From the NCBI GenBank assembly GCA_002269645.1, contig NIVC01004967.1, positions 1 to 29,889 of the forward strand: a DNA stretch of 29,889 nucleotides, in the 5' to 3' direction. The notes beneath the pieces were generated by a model, which saw only the letters and a program-made list of their open reading frames with translations, did not search any database and was not told the origin of the DNA. Made by a program: the position numbers and the translations under genes. Shown here in pieces: positions 1 through 7,924 of the stretch (positions within the stretch are counted from its first letter, which is position 1; each line of letters starts with the position of its first letter). The stretch is from Macrostomum lignano (taxonomy: Eukaryota).

Positions 1-3000
1 GTCCTGATAAATGTCTTCTGTTTGAATGTCCATAATAAAACTGTCTGTGTCAGTGTACAAGAGTTTCATTTTATCCTTGTACTGCTGCTTCATGCCATAG
101 AAGAATTGGTACATCAGACGTTTTGATTCGTCGAGAACAGTGACACCTGTATAGATCGGCTTGCGCAGCGTCACCTTGGTTTTGTAAAATATGATCACAC
201 CTAAGTAGCTATTAAAGATATGGAGTTCTTTGAATGTTGGCTTTGACATATTTGCCTGAATAACATCAGGCTCTGATGAGGTAACAAGTTTCAGGTTTGT
301 TCTTTTCCGCTCATTCTCAAGAGTCTTGCCATAGACAGAGTTGTTGGCCAACTTAAAGAGGTTCTTGTCAAAGTCGTTGGTTGCTTTGGTCCTAAACTGG
401 GTGTTCTTATCAATGTAGGGTTTCATCCACGCTTCCTCTGTAAATGTAAGAGCCCGGTGAACTTTGGTGACCCTGCAACCAAGTGAGATAAAATATCTGA
501 AGCAGTTTGTAATGGATTTTGTAACGTGTCTTGTTGTTTAGATTCTGTGTTAGTTTCTCTGTATGTTCTTTTTCTGTTCCTGACAGGTGCCAAGTTCCAT
601 TATTATCATTGGGAGTTTCGATTATTTTCGGCACTTGATGTTCTCTGGGAAGGGTGGAAAGTCAGAGAAATAGTCGTGAAGCTCTGGTGGAATGTAAACA
701 TCAACCTCATAAATGGCAGCCAATGAAAAGTCCCATTTGAATTCTGATGAGGGTAGCCATCGAAAATCTCTAACTGGAAGATCTTGACTCATCGCCCACC
801 CGTAGAGATTATTAGCGTCCAAGTAAGTAATGTAGTTTGAGGGCTGCTCCTTATTGTAAGATTCAATGTAGGGATTGTTTGCTTTTGCATACCTGTTAAC
901 GCAAATTGAGATTCCCCCTCGCTTTGACGATTCGACAAAATTGTACATGTCAATGTCTGTAAGAAGTTCAATGTACCAATCTGGATCTTGATCCCATTTC
1001 ATTTTAAGCAAAGATTCCCAGCTAGTGGCAGGCAGAGACACATAATGTGCTGGATCGAGGCCATATGCTGTGTACCAGGTGCATCTGAAGGTTTCAAACA
1101 CATCAGCCAGCAGAAACACATCTGTGAAGAGGTAAAGCAGGTGATACTGGAAGAAGTTTTGACAATTAAAGTAATTATAGACATGCTTCGCGTGCTCATA
1201 GTCTTTGTCAGAGATTCCAGAGTCTGTTAGCTTTGAAAAGAACTTCTCCTGTGGTGGTAAACCTTCTTCAAATACGTGATACCCAGTAATATTTTCATAG
1301 GGGTAGAAGCCTTTTTCTCAGGAGTTTAAATGATTCATCAGTGTTGTTAATTTACTTGCAAACATCTTTGTATATGTACATTGTTCATCTTTTAGATTCT
1401 TGCTTAGTTCGTCTAGACTGGCAGCTAGAAATTGATATGAATCCTTCAGTCTTATTTTACCTGTACCCGAATTATCCTGTTTAATATCAACACACTTAAA
1501 CTTCTCCTTGTTCTCTGCGATGCAATCAAGGTGTATGTCTGGAATCATGCCGATTTTTTCAACTATTAAATGCATGTCATAGTTCTTTGCGTTGTGACAA
1601 AATATCGTTAGATCATGAATGTTCGATTTTAGCTTTAGATTACAGGTGTTATGCGCTGCACCTCTAAATTTCCCAGTAAAGTGGCAGTGGTCCCTAACGG
1701 TGGGGTTTTTAATATTAGTGCAAGTTAAATGTTTCCTGCAGATGTGGCAATGAGTTGCTGATAGGAAATTACTTTCATCCTCCTCAGTCATCATTATTGG
1801 AACAGGTTGAAGGGTGCTAATCACTTTTTGCAACTCTAACATTCTGGCAATAAACTGCTCCACACACTGCTCTCCAAAGAAATAATTATACTCAACAAGT
1901 CCTTTTGTATTAATAAAGGCATATGCTACTGAATTGGGGACATGTTTTTGAGTTTGAGTTTGTTTTTGAGTTTCCGGCATGATTGAGCATTCGAAATCAG
2001 CATATACAACAAATGGGAGCTTCTCCATCTTGTGATAGTTCTTAAACCGGAGATACTTCTCTTCAGCTGAAGGAAGAGAGCAGTTTGTCGGGTGATCCTC
2101 GCATGATAATTCATGCTCTGTTAGTTTTCAAAGCGTTCAGGTCCACTGTAATGCTTAAGGCACAAGCGGCAGATGGCAACAGCCTCGTGATGATTATTCA
2201 ACTGCTTGTGAATGAGTCTTGAAAGATCTTTAATCCAAACATAGTGAGCCTCCTCTAGTAAATTACCAATCACTAGAAGATCCACTTCAGTCCGCCTTTT
2301 CCCCTCGGGATCTAAAACGTCTTTGCTACATCTGACCGGTTGAACTTTCTCAGTTTTTTCACTCCACTCAAAGACTGTGATTCTAATTTTGTTATTAAAC
2401 ACTTCTTCTAGCTTTGGGATCTGAGAGATCGCCAAGCCTCCTTTGTCAAACCTGATTCCCTTCTTTTCGCATTCGATGAGATAGTAGTTGAAATAATTTT
2501 GATAATTTGAGGTTCTTTCGGGGTGGTGAGGTACACTAAAAAGTGCAGAAAGAACTGCCCATAGAGCACAGCAATTGTCTTTATTTTTAACATTTATGCA
2601 AGCTTTTTTACCGGCTAGCTTATGCGGGAGCTCTATATAAGAGGAGGCTTTAAGTGGGTCATATTTCATGACCATGACAGTCGCTCTTTGAATCCCTCCC
2701 ACGACCCATCCGGAACCTCTGGATGTAAACGCTTCAATTTTCTTATTGACATCTTGAAGGAAAGGATCCAGTGTGTCTGTAGGGGTGAATGGCTTTGCCT
2801 TTGTTGTCATGTAATACTCGAGATGCTCAGTGGGTTTCGCAGGCATATAAAACGCAATCTTGAATGATATCTGTAGTTTAAAAGTCTTGCGTGTTTTGAG
2901 TGTGTGATCAACAACTGATTGGATGCTGTCTTTATAGTCGTAGATGTTTGCGGTGGTACCGTTGGTGCCGTTTATTGGGATTGTGTACTCTATGTAATGT

Positions 3001-3380
3001 TCTGTAAACTTCCTCTGTGCAAAATTAATCTCTTCAATGGCAAGCTCCGACTCTTTTAAATGGATTAATTGCTCTAATTTCTCTTGTTCCTGCTTATTTT
3101 GTGGGTACTTAGCTTTTTCACCAGTGAGAGTTTCGTATTTGTTAACTAAGTTGCGACTCCTCTCTTGGTGTTCCTTTGCAGAATTTTTTATAGGCGCATA
3201 CTGGTTTGATTCTAATTGATTGATGATTTCCAACTGTTTTTCATAGCTTCCCAGGTGACCAGGGTCGGTGTTGAACTTTTGTTTGCATGCTTCTCTTAGT
3301 GAATTACTTTTGTCTTGAAATGAGACGCCTTTTGAAAAATATTTGTTGACTAAATCTCTTGCTGGATTAGCTTTTGGCAT
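1..3380 (-). pseudogene. Protein-primed family B DNA polymerase (pPolB), frameshifted, 3' end outside the window
   Basis: Stitching frames gives ExoI YADFE, ExoII FCHNAKNYD, KGFYPYE, ExoIII YLFTDVFLL, motif A YLDANNLYGWAM, motif B KLANNSVYGKT and motif C LYTDTDS (about 39-59). The N-terminal 419 aa has GSGW and CINVKNKDNCCALW typical of Maverick PolBs. Frame breaks lie near 2125, 1350, 1314, 625 and 491. Confidence 0.95.
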
Positions 3381-3423
3381 TTTTTTCTATAAAATAAAAA
3401 ATTTTTTTGAGGGTGACCACCCT
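3381..3423 (-). promoter_or_regulatory. Palindromic promoter-like motif upstream of pPolB
   Basis: Minus strand reads AGGGT-GGTC-ACCCT (3423-3410), then C, A7, TT, with 29 nt between palindrome and ATG. The same architecture recurs at 7480-7520. Confidence 0.6.
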
Positions 3424-3504
3424 GATAGAAAAGTTGAACTGTTTCTACATCCTATAAGTAGCGTTAGGTTTATGAAGCTGGATAAAGTGGGGTTTTAAAC
3501 CTCA

Positions 3505-3950
3505 TCACATCCGCATTATTGTAAACCCAGCATTGTGCAGTGTCATGATGGCTTTGACAATGTCAGACTTGCTTACAGAATTTTCATTCTCACAATCATC
3601 ACGATCGGGGCAGCCCTCTCCTGCCTTAATTGTTATACCTTTGTCTCTTGCAATCTTTTGCAATTCAGCTGGTGGGCTCTATCATTCCCAGCTTTAACAG
3701 CAGTTGCTACACCTCCAGCTACACCACCTGCGGCACTTACAGCGCCTGCAATGATCGGAATAAGAGCTGCTAATGGTAGGATTCCTCCTGACTTTTCATC
3801 TGTGATGCTGTGTCTTTGCTCATTACACTGAAGTATTTGCTGCGTGGGATCGATTTTTACTTTGACACCTTTAATTGATATAATACCTGGTTTCTTTGAT
3901 TCAATGATTTTATTGAGTTTATTGATGGTTCTGGTTTCAATCTTTGTCAT
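3505..3950 (-). CDS. Adenovirus pX(mu precursor)-like small virion protein with one frameshift near 3670 (about 148 aa when restored)
   Basis: KSGG-ILPLAALIPIIAGAVSAAGGVAGGVATAV resembles the adenovirus pX C-terminal GGILPLLIPLIAAAIGAVPGIA. Adding one G at CAG(G)CT continues the frame as ELQKIARDKGITIKAGEG...DIVKAIMTLHNAGFTIMRM to TGA at 3507-3505. Confidence 0.7.
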
Positions 3951-3966
3951 TTTTTATTTTAATATT

Positions 3967-5004
3967 TTAATTAATTTCTGTGTCAGCTGGTATCACTAGG
4001 AGTTCAGCTCTAGTGAATGACCGCGTGGGGGATTTAGGGTTAAAGGCCTGAGATAAAAAGTAATAGTCACCGGAGTCGGAGGTAAAATGTCTGTCTATTT
4101 TATGTACATCAAGGCTGAAGTATGGATCTGTAGCTCTTCTTTTGGTGTCCTTCTCTAGCTCTCCAGGTAGATATAAAAAGCGTAGAAACTCAGAGTTTGT
4201 CAGTATGTATGGTGATTCAACTCCTGGAAGCTTAGGGTAGTTCGAGGTGTGTTTTGTGTTGTGTGTGTTGTGTGGGGTTGTCGTGTTGTTGTCTGTTCTA
4301 TGAGATGCCTTAAGTTCGACAGTGTCTTGTTTAATTGCATGGGATGGTTTCAATCCAGTCATGCGTGTGACTTCATTGTTCAGTTGCTCTATAACAGTGG
4401 GGAGCCGGTCTGACCACTTGGTATAGTACTGACCACTTTTTAGTTTCAGCTCTTCAGCTGTCTGCTTAGTGAATAGCCTCTTGGCTAGAGTTAGATTGAA
4501 TCTTTCCACAAAAGCCTGGTCTCTGTGCAAGTTTGTTCTGCCATAGCGAATCTCTGTGTTTTTCTTTTCCATAAGGGATTTCACTACACCCATGAATTCC
4601 TTACCCGGGTCGGTCATAAAGATTTGGGGGTATGTGAGCGGAGAGTTTTTATAAATATCTTGCAGTGCGCTGGCAACAACCTCTGACTTCTTCGTCTTGA
4701 GTGGGCGAGCTTCCTTATATCTGGAAGCAATGTCAATAATTGTAAGAGCATACTTGTAGCCTGAGTCGTTGGGGAGAAACAAAAGATCTGCTTGGTGCGC
4801 TTCATTAGGTTTATAAATACTGAAATGGCGCCTTTCAAATTTTACTGGTGGGAAATAGACTTGAAAGACAGCCTGCTTAGAGAGCCATTTTTCTACTGTA
4901 GCTTTTGGCTCTTTACTCAGCTCCATGAGTTTACTAACAGCATTTTTGCCTACAAAGAATCCTTTGTCGCTGTAGTAGAGTTTTTTAAGTTTCTGATCTG
5001 TCAT
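3967..5004 (-). CDS. Retroviral-type (rve) DDE integrase of Maverick type, intact, 345 aa
   Basis: QADL, LTIIDIASRY, TDPGKEF and FVERFNLTL supply the D-D-E triad. The C-terminal part has YLPGELE..RRATDP..SL and ELLVIP. There is a CA-rich low-complexity insert at about 4245-4295. Confidence 0.95.
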   Translation of the reverse strand: MTDQKLKKLYYSDKGFFVGKNAVSKLMELSKEPKATVEKWLSKQAVFQVYFPPVKFERRHFSIYKPNEAHQADLLFLPNDSGYKYALTIIDIASRYKEARPLKTKKSEVVASALQDIYKNSPLTYPQIFMTDPGKEFMGVVKSLMEKKNTEIRYGRTNLHRDQAFVERFNLTLAKRLFTKQTAEELKLKSGQYYTKWSDRLPTVIEQLNNEVTRMTGLKPSHAIKQDTVELKASHRTDNNTTTPHNTHNTKHTSNYPKLPGVESPYILTNSEFLRFLYLPGELEKDTKRRATDPYFSLDVHKIDRHFTSDSGDYYFLSQAFNPKSPTRSFTRAELLVIPADTEIN

Positions 5005-5034
5005 TTATTTAAAAAGAAAAATTTAAATAAAATA
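5004..5034. promoter_or_regulatory. Symmetric bidirectional intergenic element between integrase and PLA2 genes
   Basis: Only 30 nt separate the divergent ATGs (5004 and 5035). The 10-bp arms TTTATTTAAA (5004-5013) and TTTAAATAAA (5022-5031) are reverse complements. Confidence 0.6.
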
Positions 5035-5484
5035 ATGCAGCGCTCTGGTGGTAAAATAGATTCACATGGACTGATAGAAAAGCTTCCTCGTCCAAACAAA
5101 GGCTGGACACTTCCCGGCTATAAATATTGCGGGCCTTTGAATCCACTTGAAATACAGTTAGATAAAAACAATTATCCAAATCTTGGGCATGAGCCTGTGA
5201 ATGAGCTAGACTCTGTCTGCATGTGGCATGACGTTAAATATAGAGATTTTCCTGAGGAGAAGAATCGCTGGGACAAAGAAATGCTTAGGAGACTAGACAA
5301 TATAGGGGCTTCAAGCGGGTGGAAGGAATCGATCGCTCGGAAGCTAGTTAAAGCTGTTATTTTTAGTAAGGCAAAGTTGGGATTGGGAATGGACGTCGAG
5401 GGTGGGGTGGGTTTTGCATTGCACGCGCCAAGCAAAGAATTAGGAAGACTGCTGAAAGAGCTGGGGGTTGAGAGAGCAGAATGA
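5035..5484 (+). CDS. Parvovirus VP1u-type phospholipase A2-like protein, 149 aa (true start MQRSGG at 5035; the upstream part of the 4792 ORF overlaps the integrase antisense)
   Basis: Ca-binding loop LPGYKYCGPLN, catalytic LDSVCMWHDVKY and a downstream D in WDKEM. Confidence 0.9.
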   Translation: MQRSGGKIDSHGLIEKLPRPNKGWTLPGYKYCGPLNPLEIQLDKNNYPNLGHEPVNELDSVCMWHDVKYRDFPEEKNRWDKEMLRRLDNIGASSGWKESIARKLVKAVIFSKAKLGLGMDVEGGVGFALHAPSKELGRLLKELGVERAE

Positions 5485-5630
5485 TTCAAGTGGCTCTAGC
5501 GGTTGGAAAGAAAGCTTGTAAAGGGCGGCTATATTTTCCTTATGACATTTTGCCGTGTGGTGGGTGGGTGTTGAGCGGAACGGATATGGCAGCTGTTTAT
5601 TGTCAACCATTATCCTATACTCAATGTGCC

Positions 5631-5722
5631 GCAGATACTGCAGTATTCAATGTGAAAAGTATTCAATGTGAAAAGCAGCAGATACTGCAGTATTCAGTGT
5701 GAAAAGTTTTTTATGTGAAAAA
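5631..5722. repeat. Short repeat cluster between convergent genes
   Basis: GCAGATACTGCAGTATTCA occurs twice, each copy with the 12-bp palindrome ATACTGCAGTAT (5635-5646, 5682-5693). TGTGAAAA occurs four times. Confidence 0.8.
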
Positions 5723-5765
5723 GCAAGAGTCATAGCAGCAAGAATCATTAGTCACAGCAGATTAG

Positions 5766-6383
5766 TTAACCCAGGAGTGCACTGGCCTCTTCTTCTTCTA
5801 GCATCTTCAATGCCTCATCGGCATACTTAATTATTGAGCGCAGTCGATACAGCGAGATGCCACAACGATTTAGAATAGGGCGAGTGTTGCTGAGTCTTGC
5901 CACCCGGATTAAGAAATTCCCCCAAACCGGCTTAAATCGAAGCTTCATGGCAAACGCTCTATATTCCTCAGCAGACAGTACGAGCTTCATGCGGATCAGA
6001 ATTTTTCCAGCCTTTATTCCGTATTGAAGTCCTTGATTTTGTAGTTCATTTATCATTTTTTCAATTTTGTTGAGCTCATTCACAACTTCTGCAATGTCGT
6101 GCCTCCCAGAGACAAATTCCACAGCCGGTTGTGGAATGACACGAGCAAGTGAATCACGGAGTAAGTTCGCAGCCTCATTGATGTGCTCCAACTTCTTTCG
6201 TTCGTCAATTCCTTCCACCCTACCAGTGATAGATGGTAGATTAATCACACACTTATTGAATCGCCTCGCAACTTTGTTAAATTCCTCAATCCAATACTTC
6301 GATTGCTTCATGTCATCACTCTCGCACATCCTCCTTACTAAAGCAACCAAATCATCCTCAAATGTAGGCATTGCTATGTCCAT
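5766..6383 (-). CDS. Uncharacterised accessory protein (about 205 aa from MDIAM), helical, possible C-terminal HTH-like domain
   Basis: Uninterrupted ORF. Candidate 74-nt 5'-UTR intron 6464-6391 (AAG|GTAATA ... T-rich tract ... TTTTAG|A). AATAAA on minus at 5601-5596. The domain call is pattern recognition only. Confidence 0.65.
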   Translation of the reverse strand: MDIAMPTFEDDLVALVRRMCESDDMKQSKYWIEEFNKVARRFNKCVINLPSITGRVEGIDERKKLEHINEAANLLRDSLARVIPQPAVEFVSGRHDIAEVVNELNKIEKMINELQNQGLQYGIKAGKILIRMKLVLSAEEYRAFAMKLRFKPVWGNFLIRVARLSNTRPILNRCGISLYRLRSIIKYADEALKMLEEEEASALLG

Positions 6384-6763
6384 TGAAATTCTAAAACACA
6401 TTGTAGGTGAAGTAAATGAAAAAAAAGCAGAACTAGTATAAGCAAATATATTAATAATTATTACCTTGCAGATTTAAAAAAATATTTAGCGCGTATATGG
6501 ATACTGAATCGGGAATCAGTAGTTCTTTAGTAGGTAGAGCTCTGCTCAATACTAAGCTCTACTCTAAGATATGGCTCTAAGAATTTTTCTCAGTGCATTA
6601 TACAATAGATACAGTAGCTTCCGCGCGATCGACACTGACACGGTAACGTTGTTATCCCTGGGCGGCAAATGTGGCAGCAGCTGGTGGAACCGGTTAAAGA
6701 CACAATACGCTCTCTTATACCCAGTAAGTATAAATCTATATTAACCCTGGAAGAACTCTGCCC

Positions 6764-7013
6764 TATACGATTTGCTGTACACGAAATGAGCGGGAGGAAA
6801 ATCTATAGTTTACAACTCCAAGTCCAAGAGGCAAGGCCGTTCTAGCTTCTATTGTGCTACAATTGAGGCACTGGCAAGCAAGAGAGGGAGAGAGGGACGG
6901 GACGGGAGCCATGGACGGGACGGGGCTGCTAGAGTCTGGCAAGCGGGCAGAATTATAGGGCTATTGCCATATACAATTTGCTGTACACAAAATGAGCGGG
7001 AGGAAAATCAATA
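6764..7013. repeat. Pair of 44-bp direct repeats (6764-6807, 6970-7013) flanking a G-quadruplex-type motif
   Basis: TATAC(G/A)ATTTGCTGTACAC(G/A)AAATGAGCGGGAGGAAAATC with 3 mismatches over 44 bp. GGG-N5-GGG-N2-GGG-N2-GGG at 6886-6906. Confidence 0.85.
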
Positions 7014-7083
7014 TTCTTCTGGATCCGAATAATATCGATTTTGGATTGTGCGAGGATCTACAATATCTTGTTCTTCCTCTACC

Positions 7084-7479
7084 CTATTCATTTCCAACCG
7101 TGCAACTAGCTCGCACGTCGCGGAGGAAATTCTCGGGCGGATAGCCCTGCACACTCAGTGTCTGCTCTTTCCTCCTTATTTCCTCCTGTTTTATGTAAAT
7201 ATACTTGTGAATAAATGAACTTAGTATGTTTTTAGTAAACTTCAACTGCCTAATGATTTCTACAAAGTTATAGTAGCTATCGTAATCTTTTACGTAGGTT
7301 ACTCCATACTTATGAAACCAATGTCTTTGGAGAGCTTGATTAATATTAGGGACGATGATATCAACGCCGGGCCAATATTTTCTCATGTACTCGCTGCATT
7401 CAAGTTTGCATCGGTACTTACTCTTGTAATTAGGCTCGTGCGTTTTGTAATAAGAACCTGGAGAGACAACTGGAAACAT
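7084..7479 (-). CDS. Uncharacterised accessory protein, about 131 aa (likely start MFPVV)
   Basis: Open Tyr/Lys-rich ORF. The ATG sits in the A-rich context AATAAAA-ATG like the other Maverick genes and is preceded by the same palindrome as pPolB. Confidence 0.6.
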   Translation of the reverse strand: MFPVVSPGSYYKTHEPNYKSKYRCKLECSEYMRKYWPGVDIIVPNINQALQRHWFHKYGVTYVKDYDSYYNFVEIIRQLKFTKNILSSFIHKYIYIKQEEIRRKEQTLSVQGYPPENFLRDVRASCTVGNE

Positions 7480-7520
7480 TTTTATTGAGAATTTAATTTT
7501 TTTCAAAGGGTAAGGACCCT
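7480..7520 (-). promoter_or_regulatory. Second copy of the palindromic promoter-like motif
   Basis: Minus strand reads AGGGT-CCTT-ACCCT (7520-7507), then TTG, A7, TT, with 27 nt between palindrome and ATG at 7479. Confidence 0.6.
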
Positions 7521-7596
7521 GGGTTAGGGGATTCAAAGTCTTTGGGATGCGTAGCGAATTGCGAATTGAATGTGTGGAGAAGAATACAGATTGTTT

Positions 7597-7920
7597 TCTG
7601 ATTGTTTCGAAGATGCTATGGGTGGATGTCAGTGGATTATGTCAGTGTCAGTGAGCATAACAGGTGTCCTACTGTTATGCTCTGATTCTGTCAGGGATAA
7701 TGCTCTGATTCTGTCAGGGATAATATGGATGGATTTAATAGGATTGTGGAGGATGTTTTGTGAGCGAGTGCGACCCCCCTTTTTTCTGATTCTGTCAGGG
7801 ATAATATGGATGGATTTAGGTGGATTATGGACGAAGTTTTTGGAGCAGGTGCGACCCCCCTTTTTTCTGATTCTGTCAGGGATAATATGGATGGATTTAA
7901 TGGGATTATGGAGGAGGTGA
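7597..7920. repeat. 81-bp (27-codon) tandem repeat, about 3.5-4 diverged copies, probably the decayed 3' end of a minus-strand gene
   Basis: TCTGATT anchors at 7597, 7681, 7704, 7785 and 7866 (81-bp period plus a 23-bp duplication). Minus-frame unit SSIIxLNPSILSLTESEKRGVAxAxKT. Perfect 11-bp hairpin 7653-7682. Confidence 0.85.
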
Positions 7921-7924
7921 AAAA

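Noticed and set aside
2121-2135. Programmed -1 ribosomal frameshift in pPolB
   Set aside because: No canonical X XXY YYZ heptamer, and there are four more similar breaks in the same gene.
526-3831. Plus-strand ORFs over the pol and pX genes, and similar ORFs opposite the gypsy genes (14486-17395)
   Set aside because: Antisense shadows of real coding sequence with no recognisable motifs.
4792-5034. 81-aa N-terminal extension of the PLA2 ORF
   Set aside because: It is the antisense of the integrase 5' end. The ATG at 5035 has the element's typical A-rich context.
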